A DNA stretch of 64,000 nucleotides, taken from positions 58,342,001 through 58,406,000 of the forward strand of contig OX597819.1 in the NCBI GenBank assembly GCA_951406725.2. Direction: 5' to 3'. This stretch comes from Octopus vulgaris. Its lineage: Eukaryota. Positions 27,579-40,967 of the stretch are shown here, in pieces. Below the pieces are notes generated by a model. The model was not told where the DNA came from. It worked only from the letters and a program-made list of their open reading frames with translations, and did not search any database. Position numbers and translations under genes: made by a program. Numbering within the stretch: position 1 is the first letter of the stretch; every line of letters begins with the position of its first letter.

Positions 27579-28233
27579 AAGGAAGAAAGGAAAAGGAAAA
27601 AATAAAAATAGATCGATCGATCGATAGATAGATAGATAGACAGATAGATAGATAGATCACGTGAGATCTTATCACAGCAGGAATATGCTCAATGTTTGGT
27701 CCTTCAGAATCTCCCCCACCCCACCCTTCTTCGTTTTCAGAAGCCACAACAAAGTTACAGACTAGATAAAATGATTACATATGATAGAAAGGGGGAGATT
27801 GATTAATTGCTTGATTGATTGATTGGTTGATTCATTGATTGATAGAAAAATATGACTTAAACTGCCATTTTAGTTCTATCCACATCAAAGAATATAAATT
27901 AATCCAGCGCTTCGTCTGGTATCATGCTTTATCAAGTTCGAGGAGATAACGAGCAAAGCTGAACTCAGAAAACTTTAATTCGGGACCTAAAGGCTACATA
28001 GAGCAACGCATTTTCTCGGACGATCTGACAATTTTGCCAACACAACACCTGAAAAGTTTATTCATTTGTTTATTTATAATTTTATTTTTATATTTAGATT
28101 GCTTTTCGGCAAGTTATCTGGATATGCGCAGCAAGTGTTTACATTTACGGGATGTACGAAATCGATTTCACAAAATACGAAATGTGCGAGCACATATACA
28201 TACCAAGATACACACAAACACAAACGCACACAA

Positions 28234-28298
<65 letters not shown>

Positions 28299-28617
28299 AA
28301 CACACACACATACACACACATACAGCCACACACACATACAGCCACATACACATACAGCCACATATACACTTACAGCGACATAGACACACATACAACCACA
28401 TGCACACATAGACGCGTACTCCCTAAACGCTAAGATCTTTGATGGTAAGCAGATCTAGTCTTGATCTATAAACTATTGCAAATATGAAAAAGTATTGGGT
28501 TCGATTTGTTCGGCTAAAACCTTCAAAACGGTGACCCAACCTGGATGTATGACTAAGACAAGCGAAACTAAGAGCGTAAGTATATGTATATGTACATATA
28601 TATACATATATATATAT

Positions 28618-29036
28618 ATATAAATACAGTGTACATTTAAACACACAAGAGGTATCCATTACAAGATTCCTTGCACGCTAGAGAGGACAGTTAAATTCCA
28701 AATCACTATTAAGGATAAAATTTCGAAAGGAATAAAAAATAAAAACATTTACCATCTAACTCCTGGACCAACGGTTTCAGACTTTATTAACCTCGTGTAT
28801 ATATATTTAATCTAAGGTGTACCTGCTGAAGAAGACTTCGCCAAGCAAAATATATTATTTGCTAAAAAAAAGGCTGAAACCATTGGTCCAGGAGTTAGGT
28901 GGTAAATGTTTTTATTTTTCATTCCTTTCGAAATTTTATCCCTAATAGGGGTTTGGAATTTAACTGTCCTCTCTAGCGTACAAGGAATTCTATGAGGGAT
29001 ACCTCTTGTGTGTTTAAATGTACACTGTATTTATAT
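28618..29036. mobile_element. Penelope-like remnant forming an inverted repeat (arms about 28618-28784 and 28869-29036)
   Basis: Arms are diverged reverse complements and a hammerhead motif spans the inner junction. A further copy of the same sequence lies at 31010-31136. Confidence 0.7.
28822..28892 (+). ncRNA. Type I hammerhead ribozyme motif
   Basis: CCTG-CTGAAGA-AGACTT..AAGGCT-GAAA-CC-ATT-GG-TC-CAGG. Stem I 4 bp, stem II with one mismatch; GUC site ends at 28888. Confidence 0.65.
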
Positions 29037-29149
29037 GAATAATATATAGTCTATTGACTAAATTTTTACACGCTAGGCCACTGGTAATGGAAATTTCAAA
29101 TATTTGTGTACCCTTAGACATTATTAATTACACACACACACATACCCCC

Positions 29150-29200
<51 letters not shown>

Positions 29201-29211
29201 CATACATACAT

Positions 29212-29334
29212 AGGCGCAGGAGTGGCTGTGTGGTAAGAAGCTTGCTTCCTAACCACATGGTTCCGGGTTCAGTCCCACAGCGTGTCTTCTATTCCGTCTA
29301 ACTTTGGTAGACGGAAACTGAACGAAGCCCGTCG

Positions 29335-29385
<51 letters not shown>

Positions 29386-29585
29386 ATTTGTGTGTCTGTG
29401 TTTGTCCCCCCATCATCGCTTGACGACCGATGTCAGTGTGTTTACGTCCCCGTAACTTAACGGTTCGGCAAAGGCGATCGACAAAATAAGTACTAGGCTT
29501 ACAAACAATAAGTCCCGGGGTCGATTTGTTAGACTAAAAGGCGGTGTTCCAGCAACGCCGCAGTGAAATGACTGAAACAAACAAA
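29212..29585 (+). mobile_element. Family-B SINE
   Basis: GGCGCAGGAGTGGCTGTGTGGTAAG head, internal TA/TG microsatellite and conserved tail. Confidence 0.8.
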
Positions 29586-29688
29586 TAGAAGAATAAGAGA
29601 AAGTATACATGCGCACTTGTATACATACATAGCACTGAAACTGTAAAACGTTCCAAAAGTTTATCATTTAAGTACAAATGAACATGTG

Positions 29689-29865
29689 TAGATATACAAA
29701 TATGAGATATGTCTAGATATGCAAATGAGATATGTCTAGATATGCAAATATGTGATATGTCTAGATATGCAAATATGAAATATGTCTAAATATGCAAATA
29801 TGAGATATGTCTAGATATGTAAATATGCGATATTTACATATCTATGCAAATATGCAAATATGAGA
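29689..29865. repeat. Minisatellite, about 25-bp unit GATATGCAAATATGAGATATGTCTA x6-7
   Basis: Directly visible tandem units with small indels. Confidence 0.9.
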
Positions 29866-30453
29866 AGACATACATAAAACAAATCATACAAATCTGCACA
29901 TATATATACATACACGCACACAGAAATACCTTGTTGTTGATGTTGGATCTAGGCTAGAAACCGGTTCGTTCTCTGTTGATACGAAATCTTGAAATAAAGC
30001 TAAACAATGTTATACACACATACATACATGTATATATAGTATGTATGATTGCATGTATGTTTGTATGTATGGGTTGATGATGCGTGTATGTATGTATGTA
30101 TGTATGTATGTATGTATGTATGTATGGATGGATGGATGGATGGATGGATGGATACATGTAGATCCATTTGTTTGATCAACTGGATTATCTGCTCATTGAT
30201 TTAGCGTGAGGTGCTGTGTATTTCACCGACCCATGTGCCTTTAACGTTATTCTAAACCGACGTGATAGAGTGTGAGATACGATTTCTTCTTTGAATTACA
30301 GAAACAAACAGTCCGCCTTGCATCTATATAATTCCGTCGACTCAGCTTGACTCACAAACCAGGGGTCGACTCAAGGATTTAGAACATTACATTTGCCTAA
30401 GACTTCATGATTGCGAAGTGACCTTCATATTCCTTCGATCATACTACGCGTAC

Positions 30454-30617
<164 letters not shown>

Positions 30618-31011
30618 CTATCTATGCATTTATCTGCATGCATGCATGTATGCACATAGGTATATATACATATACATGCATCCATACACACACACGCTTA
30701 TATATTGGTTTCAAATTTTAGCACACGGCCAGCGACTTCGGGGTAGAGGGTTAAATCAATTACATTGACCCCAGCACTCTACTGATACTTATTTTATTGA
30801 CATTGAGAGGATGCAAGGCAAAGTCGACCTCGGCGGAACAGACCTCGCTGGAATATCGGAATATACACACACATAGCGTACTAAACATGACTATCTTAAA
30901 AAAGGAAAGAAGTCTTTATATTTGTTTAGCATCAATTTTGTTGCAGGTATTAAAACGGTCAATGCATTACAACGACTGGTATATACATTTCGAATGAAGA
31001 TTCTCAGATTA

Positions 31012-31082
31012 CCTGCTGAAGAAAACTTCGCCAAGCAAAATATATTATTTGCTAAAAAAAAGTCTGAAACCATTGGTCCAGG
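31012..31082 (+). ncRNA. Type I hammerhead ribozyme motif, second copy of the 28.8 kb family
   Basis: CCTG-CTGAAGA-AAACTT..AAGTCT-GAAA-CCATTGG-TC-CAGG; GUC site ends at 31078. Confidence 0.62.
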
Positions 31083-32418
31083 AGTTAGGTGGTAAATGTT
31101 TTTATTTTTCATTCCTTTCGAAATTTTATCCCTAATGCTCTACATAGACATATTGTACCTTTTTGGAATCAGGATGACCTCGAGATTAAAAATCTGCCCT
31201 TCATTTGGTTCTTGAATAACTAGCATTGGGATCAAGTCTGAATAAGGATTTGTTATATGGTAACAGTTGAAAATTCAAATTTTAAAAGAACTCCAAAGAT
31301 TTGTGAACTTGCAAGTTCTCCGTTTAAAATTAATTTAAAGTAATACCATATTGGTAGGGTAATACCATATGGGTAGGGTACCAATAAATGCTTTATTATC
31401 ATTGCTCTCTTTAGTTTTGGGTCTTAGGCCCTACTAGCCCCCAGTAGGAGCTATCTCAAAACTCCGCACGGAGTGCGGCTTTTAAGCCAGTAGGCTATAA
31501 ACGGGAAGATATATCTAATTATTTGGTTTGTTTGCTTTTAGTGTGTCCGTAGTATTAATGTGAACTACGAACAAATTACAACCCGCATGTGTGTGAATAT
31601 GTGCGAGAATCTGTACATCTACTTGTGTATGCTGTGTATTTATATTATGTATGTATGTATGTATGTATGTATGTATGTATGTATGTATGTATGTATGTAT
31701 GTATGTATGCATGCATGTATGTATGTATGTATGTATGTATGTATGTACGTACGTATGTATGTACGTAGGGGTCTTACAAATTCTATGGACACTGATTCTT
31801 TGTTTTCAAGCCAATATCTGAAAGGGGAACAATGAGAAAGTGCAAGGCCACATTAAGAGTTGTAGTGGCAAGTTTCTCAATTTCTATTATCAGTAATCCC
31901 TAAAGCCGACCAACCAGTTATCATTGTGACCTTAACTCTAATACGTGTGATTAATTATAAATGTGCACCAAGAAACCAGGTTGTTGAACGTATAAATAGA
32001 ACCATTCCAGCATGAATTTATAATAAACAGATGAAGGATAGTGGGAAATTGGGGAAAGAAGAAAATAATTTGTTAGAAACGAAACACTGGTGATTAGTTT
32101 GAAAATATAAGTACGTATATATGTGCTTGTCATCTAAATGTATGTATTGGGTATCTCTCTCTAAGTATTTATCTGTTAGTCAGTCAATCTATATATGTGT
32201 GTGCGCATATGTGTGTATGTGTGTGTAAATATATATGTAATGTATGTGTGTGTATATATATATATATACATACATATATATATATACATACATATAAATA
32301 TACATACATACATATATATATACATATATATATATATACATACATATATATATATACATACATACATACATATATATACATTTATACATATACATACATA
32401 CATACATACATACATACA

Positions 32419-32450
<32 letters not shown>

Positions 32451-33146
32451 CTCATGTGTATAAACATACACCACACACACACATCTACATGTACACATAC
32501 GTAAACCCTACCTTTCATCTTTTCTGAGGATTTGATATACTTCCTTATTTCCGGTGCTGAGAGAAGAAAACACAAGCGCTCCATCACTGACCACTCACTA
32601 TATCCTGCAATTTATTCAGCATCATGACTCCCTGAAATATGTTTCCTCCAGACAGGCATTTCTATCACAATTTCCCCAATGCCTTCCCCACCACAGTCTC
32701 CATATTCCTCACTACTGCTCCCTTTCTTTTTTCACCCCCAAGACGTTTTCTCACTTCAAAATGAGTTTTTATAACCTCTTCATCCGTATTTTCTCAAACT
32801 ATAACCTTTATATAATCACATTATTTCCTTTTGAAGATGGCTGATGGCTGATACAGTGAATTGCGTTGATACGTTTCCAAGGTGTTTGCTGATTTGAAAC
32901 ACGCACACACAAATTTATCTTTTATCGTTAATCGTTTACTTGTTTCAGTCATTAAACCGCGGCCATTCTGGGGCACTATTTTGGAGAGCTTTTAGCCGAA
33001 TGAATCGATCCCAGTCGTTTTTTAAACCTGCGCCTATGTCCAACAGAAAAAAACATAAATAAAGTGAGGGTCATGATTGGAATGTCTTTAAGGCATAAAA
33101 ATCCGTTTTTGTAGCAATATCACTGTTTTCATAGTTGATTTTAGTA

Positions 33147-33580
33147 AAGGTGGCGAGCTGGCAGAATCGTTAACTCGCTGGGCGAAATGCTTAGCAGTAT
33201 TTCGTCTGCCGTTACGTTCTGAGTTCAAATTCAGCCCAGGTCGACTTTGCCTTTCATCCTTTAGGGGTCGATAAATTAAGCACCAGTTACGCATTGTGGT
33301 CGATTTAATCGACTTAATCCCTTTGCCTGTCCTTGTTTGTCCTCTCTATCTTTATTCCCTTTTGTGCATTAAAAGAATAAGAAACGTTAACACTCTGAGC
33401 ACAATGCTTAGCAGCATTTCGTCCGTCTTTATGTTCTGAGTTCAAATTCCGCCGAAGTGGACTTTGCCTTTCATCCTTTCGAGGTCGATATAATAACTAC
33501 CAATTGAGTACTGCTGTCAATGTAATCAGTTAGTCCCCTCCCCACAAGATTTCAGGCCTTGTGCCTATAGTAGAAAGGAT
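33147..33580 (+). mobile_element. Dimeric family-A SINE
   Basis: Head and core, a linker CCCTTTGCCTGTCCTTGTTTGTCC, then a second core and tail. Confidence 0.8.
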
Positions 33581-33893
33581 TGTTGATTTTTGTGTTAGCG
33601 TTAATCGAAGTAACAGTGGTCGCAGGTGAAAAAAGCACTAAAGAGGTTTGCATCACGGTCATATGGTTCGGGGAACGCAATCTTGACAATGTGTTTGTTT
33701 TTTATTTATTTATTTTTTATACTCTAGTCTCTGGTCAAACAAAATCTCGTGGGTGCTATTTGAACGTGCGGTTTACCGCAGTATCCTGTCTACGCTGTGA
33801 AATTACTTTTAAAGTATGGTCTACCTTTTCTTACCCTCTTAACCCGAGTCAATTTTAAATATTACAATGCTGTTGAAGGATTTCTATAGACAT

Positions 33894-34363
33894 GAAGGTG
33901 CATGGCTCAGTGGTTAGAGCGTCGCGCTTACGATCGTGAGGTTGTGAGTTCGAATCCCAGATCGGGCTGCGTGTTGTGTTCTTGAGCAAGACACTATATT
34001 TCACGTTGCTCCAGTTCACTCAGCTGTAGAAATGAGTTGCGACGTCACAGGTGCCAAGCTGTATCTGCTGTTGCCTTTCCCTTGGATAACACTGGTGGCG
34101 TGGAGAGGGGAGGCCAGTATGCATGGCCGACTGCTGGCCTTCCATAAACAACCTTGCCCGGACTTGTGCTCGCACTTTCTAGGTGCGACCCCTGTTGTAC
34201 TCTTTCGCCCCAACTTTCTCTCACTCTCTCTTCTTGTTTCTTGAGTAACCCTGCGATGGAATGGCGTCCCGTCCAGCTGGGGGGAACACATACGCCACAG
34301 AAACCGGGAAACCGGGCCCATGAGCCTGCCTGGGCTTGAAAAGGGCGCATAAATAAAAAAAAA
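33894..34363 (+). mobile_element. Chimeric SINE: family-C head with family-D-type middle and V-like tail
   Basis: Matches 17317 to about 34170, then switches to CTGTTGTACTCTTTCGCCCCAACTTTC..CCTGCGATGGAATGGCGTCCCGTCCAG, as in the 10.5 kb copy. Confidence 0.75.
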
Positions 34364-35037
34364 TACTAATAAATCATTATTCAACATTATTCAATTTATT
34401 TTTATCATCATGTAGTTCATATAATGGAGGTAGATCGTGTAAAAGAAAGTGTAAAGAAAAGGTAGACCTCATGCTAAAAGAAATTTCACAGAGTAGACAG
34501 GATACTGCGGTAGACCGCACGTTAAAGTAGCCCGTTTTGTGAATGAAACTGGGTTGACAGAAACTGCATGGAAACCTTCGAATAGATTGTAATTAAAAAG
34601 TCCAGTCATATACCAGTGGTTCGACTCGACGACTTCATTAAGGGTCCACGAATGCGAGGAACGCTTACCGCATTTGATGGCATATAAAACATGCAAAAAC
34701 ATTAAACGCGCCCCAATGTCAGTAGCGTATGTTCAGATAAAAAGTTCTTGACGCATTAAAAAAAAAAGCTTTATTAAACACACTATGTCACGTTCAATCT
34801 GCTGAGAATTGTGGAATACTCAGCCACTGACTCATTACTTCAAGAGCAGCAATTCAGTTGATTGGACAAGGGAATCCTCGCCATCGTCGAACAACGAAAA
34901 TCCACTAGTTCAGTTGATAGAACGACTGAATGCTCATCGTCGAAACGACGGAAGATCCCCTAATGCTTATGATAATGCTGGTATTGTTTAATCCCTGATC
35001 TAAGCAGATCATTTTCTTTCTTTTCTTTTATTTTTTC

Positions 35038-36360
35038 TGTGTGGTAAGTAGCTTGTTTACCAACCGCATGGTCCCAGGTTCAGTCCCACTGCGTGGCACC
35101 TTGGGCAAGTGTCTTCTACTATAGCTTCGGGCTGACCAAAGCCTTGTGAATGGATTTGGTAGACGGAAACTGGAAGAAGCCTTTCGTACGTGTATATTTT
35201 TGTATATGTATATGTGTGTATATGTTTATGTCTGTTTGCCCCACCCAAAATCGCTTGACATCCGACGTTGGTGTGTTTACGTCCCTGTTACTTAGCGGTT
35301 CCGTAAAAGAGACCGATAGAATAAGTACTAGGCTTACAAAGAATAAGTTCTGGGGTTGATTTGCTCGACTAAAGGCGGTGCTCCATCATGGCCGCAGTCA
35401 AATGACTGAAACAAGTAAAAGAGTAAAGGTTAATCAGAAGAGGTGTGGATGGTATGGCCCATTATGTCTTTTAAGGGATCGCCAAGATTAGTGGAAGGAA
35501 GAAAGAAAAGGAAATTGTCCCTAGACTAGGGACTCGGCCCAAATCTTTGCAACAGACTAAACACAGCCAAAGATCCCTATGGATCACATAACGGCGTTAA
35601 ACAGGGTTTTGCATAAGTCTGCCACCCTAAAACAGGAATGGTCTCTTCAACGATTTCTTATTTCTTTACTGCCCACAAGGGGCTACACACAGAGAGGACA
35701 AACAAGGACAGACAAATGGATTAAGTCGATTATATCGACCCCAGTGCGTAACTATTATAAATTTAATCGGCCCCGAAAGGATGAAAGGCAAAGTCGACCT
35801 CGGCGGAATTTGAACTCAGAACATAGCGGCAGATGTAATACCACCCGTGCTAACGTTTCTGCCAGCTCGCCGCCTTTAACGTCTCGCCGTCCCTTCAACG
35901 ATTTCTGCCAACCAAATTTCTCTCACAAGGCATTGATAAAAACCAAGGTTGCGGGAAAAAAACAAATAAAAAACTTGATTAAGGGGCGCAAGTATGGCTG
36001 TATGGTAAGAAGCTTATTTCCCAACCACATGGTTCCGAGTTAAGTCCCACTGCGTGACACCTTGGGCAAATGTCTTCTACTATAGCTTCGGGCCAACCAA
36101 AGCCCTGTGGGTGGATTTGGTAGACGGAAACTGAAAGAAGCCCGTCATGTATATATATATATATATATTTATGTACGGGGTGGGGTACGCACATATACCT
36201 ATCTGTGTGTAACTTTGTGTCAGTGTTTGTGACTCCGTAACCTAGTGGTTCGACAAAAGAATCCGATAGAATAAGTACCACTTAAAAATAAAAAGTACTG
36301 GGGTCGATTCATTCGACTAAAAATTCAAGGCGGTGCTCCAGCATGGCCGCAGTCTCGTGA
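35038..36360. mobile_element. SINE cluster: family B (+, 35038-35425), family A (-, 35655-35876), family B (+, 35984-36360)
   Basis: Matches to the family consensus seen elsewhere in the window. Confidence 0.75.
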
Positions 36361-36644
36361 ATGAATCTGGTAAAACATACCGCAGTGTAAGATCGAACCT
36401 GAACCATAGAGTTGCAAAGCGAACTGCTTCAATATACAGCCATGTCACAAAAAAAGACGTTCGAACTGGGTGTAACCTTGCCTGCCTTTATCCCAAAATA
36501 TCCTTCCAGTTTTTGAGGTGGTTGAAAGTTATATTAGGAGAAATTGGCTGCGTTTTCTAGGGATTTCAACTGACCGCTTAGAGGCGCTCAGACATCCTGA
36601 TTTTGGTATCGTTAATGATGATGAAGAGAATGAAGTACATAATG

Positions 36645-36695
<51 letters not shown>

Positions 36696-36945
36696 TGTGT
36701 GTGAGTGTGTGTGCGCGCGCTTGCGTTTTCTATCTTCTGTTATATATGATGTAATGTTCCTGGTCATTCATGCCATTCACTCTGAACGTAGACGGAAAAC
36801 TAACAACAAAAACATTTCCTTTACAAAGCCAGTGACTGCTGATCGCCACAAAAAGTTGTCAAATATTATATAGACTTATAAATAAAAAGAAACTACATTA
36901 GCTACATAGATCAAAACACTATTGTTTGACAATTTGAATCTATAT

Positions 36946-37017
36946 GGCCCTGTGGCGCAACGGTAGCGCGTCTGACTCCAGATCAGAAGGCTGCGTGTTC
37001 GAATCACGTCGGGGTCA
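36946..37017 (+). tRNA. tRNA-Trp-CCA: tRNA-Trp(CCA), major isodecoder
   Basis: 72-nt GGCCCTGTGGCGCAACGGTAGCGCGTCTGACTCCAGATCAGAAGGCTGCGTGTTCGAATCACGTCGGGGTCA. Full cloverleaf, loop CTCCAGA, A and B boxes, long T-run terminator downstream. Confidence 0.97.
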
Positions 37018-37167
37018 GATTTATTTATTTTTTTTTTTTTTCCATTTTAGCGTGGTATAATATAGTTTACAACACTGTAACGTTGTCATACAGAGTAAAA
37101 GCTCATCAGAAAATCTACTAAAGATATTACTTGGAAATGAAGCCGTCAAGACAAAAAGAAATGCTTA

Positions 37168-37666
37168 CTGTAAATCCTCGAGTATAATCCGCATTTTTCC
37201 CCAAAATTTAAAGGTCAAATTCCCTAGTGCGTACTATATACGAGGTTAAAAATGAAAATTATTTTCTAAGCAATGCCCGAGTCTCTATTGCTGTCCGGCA
37301 ATGTTTATTCAGAGGCATTTTGTGATGTCGGGCGCGAAAATACCTTAAGCTAAGCCTGAAAGCAATGAAGTCATAAAAGAATCATCTATAACTTGCAATA
37401 AGCTACATTTATCAAACGTTAGTACTGTTATTTCTTTATTTTCTGCAAACAAAATGCACAAAAAAAGCTGCAGGTTTGCATCATGTTATACATACGATAA
37501 TAATAAAGGACGTTGCCGTATACATTTTTACAAACCAAGGACGTTATATAGACCTCCTTGACTCAAGTTAGAGAAGGGGTGCGTATTATACACACAGTTT
37601 GGGTTTTTCAGAGGTACAGCCCCCTAAAAATCCCCTGCGTATTATACTCAGGGGCGGACTATACGG
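37168..37666. mobile_element. Non-autonomous pogo/Tc1-type DNA transposon in the tRNA spacer
   Basis: TA-CTGTAAATCCTCGAGTATAATCCGC at left and GCGGACTATACGG-TA at right, with internal GCGTATTATAC repeats. Absent from paralogous spacers after AGAAATGCTTA. Confidence 0.65.
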
Positions 37667-37997
37667 TACACGCAAATACACACACCTTGTTTCCGTCACT
37701 GGACTGTAGCCAGGGTGGAGCATTCCCTTGAATAGTTTCGTCGAACGAATCGACCCGGTACTTTATTTCAAGTCTAGTACTTATTTTATCAGTATCTTGA
37801 ACCGAACCCCAAATTAAAGGAGACATAAACAAACCAACACCAGTTGTCAAGCCCACAAAATACCGCCACATATTTGCTTTACGAGACAAATGACAGTTAA
37901 TCAAGACGAGAAATATCTCAAAAATATGAACTTAAATTTATATTAACTAATAGTTACATAAAGCAAAAGGCTAAGGTTTTGAGCAGCAATTCCATGA

Positions 37998-38069
37998 GGC
38001 CCTGTGGCGCAACGGTAGCGCGTCTGACTCCAGATCAGAAGGCTGCGTGTTCGAATCACGTCGGGGTCA
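37998..38069 (+). tRNA. tRNA-Trp-CCA: tRNA-Trp(CCA), major isodecoder
   Basis: Identical to 36946-37017; T-runs about 15 nt downstream. Confidence 0.97.
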
Positions 38070-38179
38070 AACCTACTTTAATGCTTTTTCTTTTTTACAA
38101 TGTCTTTTTTTAGTATGATATTGTTTATAACACTTCAACGTAATGAAATAGAGCTAAAAGCTAATATTACAGTGAGGCC

Positions 38180-38790
38180 TGTAATGAACACCCTAAGAAA
38201 CGCTTCACCAACAATTCATGGGAGGGTTTTGGAGGTACAGTCCTCAGCTCCTACCTCCAGAGGGTCCGGTCAGAAGCAACCGTCATAAGACATCTCGACT
38301 GGATTTAGAAACAAAACAATTGAGGTCATGGATATTATTCAGCCATATCATTCTTGCCCTACGGCTACGTCTCCCTCCAGTTGCCACGGCTTGAAAAGTC
38401 TGTCCTGCGATTCTTTTCTCTGACATTCTAATCAAATGTCCGTAGTGTCAGAGCTGTGACCTCTCAAGACAGATAAGTAGCAGTCTGTGATCTGTCGTGA
38501 CTCCCTGATCTCCAAGCTATGCACCCGGTTGAGTAACGTTATTCTAGAGATCCTTTAGAGGTACCACATTCTTTCCGTCATTACTCAACATTCATGTCCA
38601 AGTATGATGATAGGCACGATAACTGAATCTGAGATAGCGAGTTTGGCTTTTTTTGCCAATTTCTACCCTTTTAAGTAACGAATGCTGGCGAGAGCGCATT
38701 AATGTATTAGTACCTGTAATTCTAGCTTTCAAATCATTCTCCTGCCTTTGATCACACGTCAATACTGCCGCGAAATCTCGGTGGGATTCA
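38180..38790 (-). mobile_element. Decayed RTE-clade LINE fragment (paralogs near 41080-41710, 44050-44510, 45650-46090 and inverted at 50715-51050)
   Basis: Homologous to 46390-46700, which encodes the RTE RT C-terminal region. Confidence 0.65.
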
Positions 38791-39666
38791 TTACTCTCTA
38801 TAAATGACCTCCACAGCCGATTTCTTACTAAAAATAAAAATTGACTGGTACTCTATTAATCGAGCCCGGAAAGCTGAAAGGCAAAGTTGACTTTGACTGG
38901 ATTTGAAATCAGTAAACAGAAATCTAGAATGAATATTGTGAATCATTCTGTCCGATTCTCGAACATCTTAGCCAATCGGCTGTCTTGTTTTTTGGGGTTT
39001 TTTTTTACCTCCCAATCAACCTTAACAAAGGAAATTCCAGCCGTAACTGCCCCGTCTTTAAGGCTTGTACAGTGCTAAATTATATAAAGCATTTGTTGTA
39101 TATAGAGAGGGTCATTATGCCAATAACAACGCATGCACTCGTTTCATTATTTCACTTCTTTATTATTCGTCATTTGGTTAACTATTTCACTAATTACTAA
39201 TTAATTGTTTCATCAATCATTAAGTTAAGCAGTTATTTCCGTCAAAGTCCTGTCTTCATCATTCATGACCTCTTGAATAACTGCAGGTCTTGACGAGTGA
39301 TAAAGAAGTATAATAGAACCAGCGCGTGTGTTTATAATTGGCGTAATGACGCTCCCGAGATACAATATGATGTGTGTGAACACATGAGTTCACTTAAAGA
39401 ATCTTGCAAAACAAATCCAGCAACGAATATAAAGTAATCTTTTTTTATTTAAGAAGGCAGGGTGTTATTTGTTGGAGATTTGGCTGCTGTTTCTAGCGGA
39501 TCGTATCACACCGTACCTGTTCTTTCGCTTCTGCTTGATGTTCCTGTCTCTTCTATGATCTTCGAAGGATGATGCAACAACTACGATATGATATGGCGGA
39601 AAATAAAATTAGCTTTAGTTAACAAGTCTTAATTTAATAGTTTATTACGAGACTCGCAGATCCAAC

Positions 39667-39739
39667 GATCCCTGAGGAACGGTAGTAAGGCGTCTGACTC
39701 CCGTTCAGAAGTTTACATGTTCGAATCACGTTGAGATCA
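39667..39739 (+). pseudogene. tRNA-Trp-derived pseudogene, anticodon CCC
   Basis: GATCCCTGAGGAACGGTAGTAAGGCGTCTGACTCCCGTTCAGAAGTTTACATGTTCGAATCACGTTGAGATCA. Anticodon stem and B box retained, D arm disrupted. Confidence 0.8.
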
Positions 39740-40047
39740 TAAGCGTACTTCCTTTTTTTCTACTTTTTAAATTTTTTTTTTATTGTTTTAGATTATTTAT
39801 CAATAAGCGTATTTTCAGAAACCAGCTGTTATGGATTTTCTTTACAGATTAAAAGCCTAAAATGTCATACCATAAACAAAATAATTAATCTTAATAAATT
39901 TCGAAAACTTAATTTCAGATATTCGGGAGAACAACATAGAAAATAGAATCAGAAAGCAAGTGACTGCTGGATGGAGACAGAAAATGTCAAATAAATATAT
40001 AAATATATCAAGAAAAAAAGACTATTGTTTAAGCAATCGTTTCATAC

Positions 40048-40119
40048 GGCCCTGTGGCGCAACGGTAGCGCGTCTGACTCCAGATCAGAAGGCTGCGTGT
40101 TCGAATCACGTCGGGGTCA
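40048..40119 (+). tRNA. tRNA-Trp-CCA: tRNA-Trp(CCA), major isodecoder
   Basis: Identical 72-mer; T-run terminator at about 40133-40141. Confidence 0.97.
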
Positions 40120-40895
40120 TAAACTACTTCTCTTTTTTTTTATTTAAAGGCATTTTTTAGCGTTGTATACTTTATAAGTCTTCAACGTGATGCAATACAG
40201 TTGAATAGAAGTTGGAAAGAAAGCAGGGAAGACGAACAGAAATGCTTAAATTCAAATGCGCGCAGTTACACACGCACGCCCTGTTTACATCACTGGACAG
40301 CAGCCAGGCTAGAGCACCGCTTCGAATAGTTTGGTCGAACGAACGACTCGGTACTTTAAGTCCATAACTCATTTTATCGGATTCTTTCACCGAACAGCAA
40401 AGTAAAAAAGACGTAAACAAACCAACAACAGTTGTCAAGCGGACAAAATACCCTCAGATATTTGCTTTACAAGTCAAATGGCAGATGATCGAGACTAGAA
40501 ATATTTCAAATATAAGAACTTATTATTACATTAATTAATAGTTTCATAAAGCAAATAAGCCGACCAAAGCCTTGTGAGTGGATTTGGTAGACGGAAACTG
40601 AAAGAAGCTCGTCGTATATATGTATATATATATATATATATATATACATGTGTGTAAGAGTGTATGTTTGTGTGTCTGTGTTTGTCCCCCCAACATCGCT
40701 TGACAACAGATGCTGGTGTGTTTACGTTCCCGTAACTTAGAGGTTCGGCAACAGAGACCGATAGAATAAGTGCTAGGCTTACAAAGAAGTCCTGGGGTCG
40801 ATTTGCTCGACTAAAGGCGATGCTCCAGCATGGCCACAGTCAAATGACTGAAACAAATAAAAGAGTACCTAAGATTTAGAGCAAAAGTTACATGT

Positions 40896-40967
40896 GGCCC
40901 TGTGGCGCAACGGTAGCGCGTCTGACTCCAGATCAGAAGGCTGCGTGTTCGAATCACGTCGGGGTCA
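40896..40967 (+). tRNA. tRNA-Trp-CCA: tRNA-Trp(CCA), major isodecoder
   Basis: Identical 72-mer; long T-run downstream. Confidence 0.97.
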
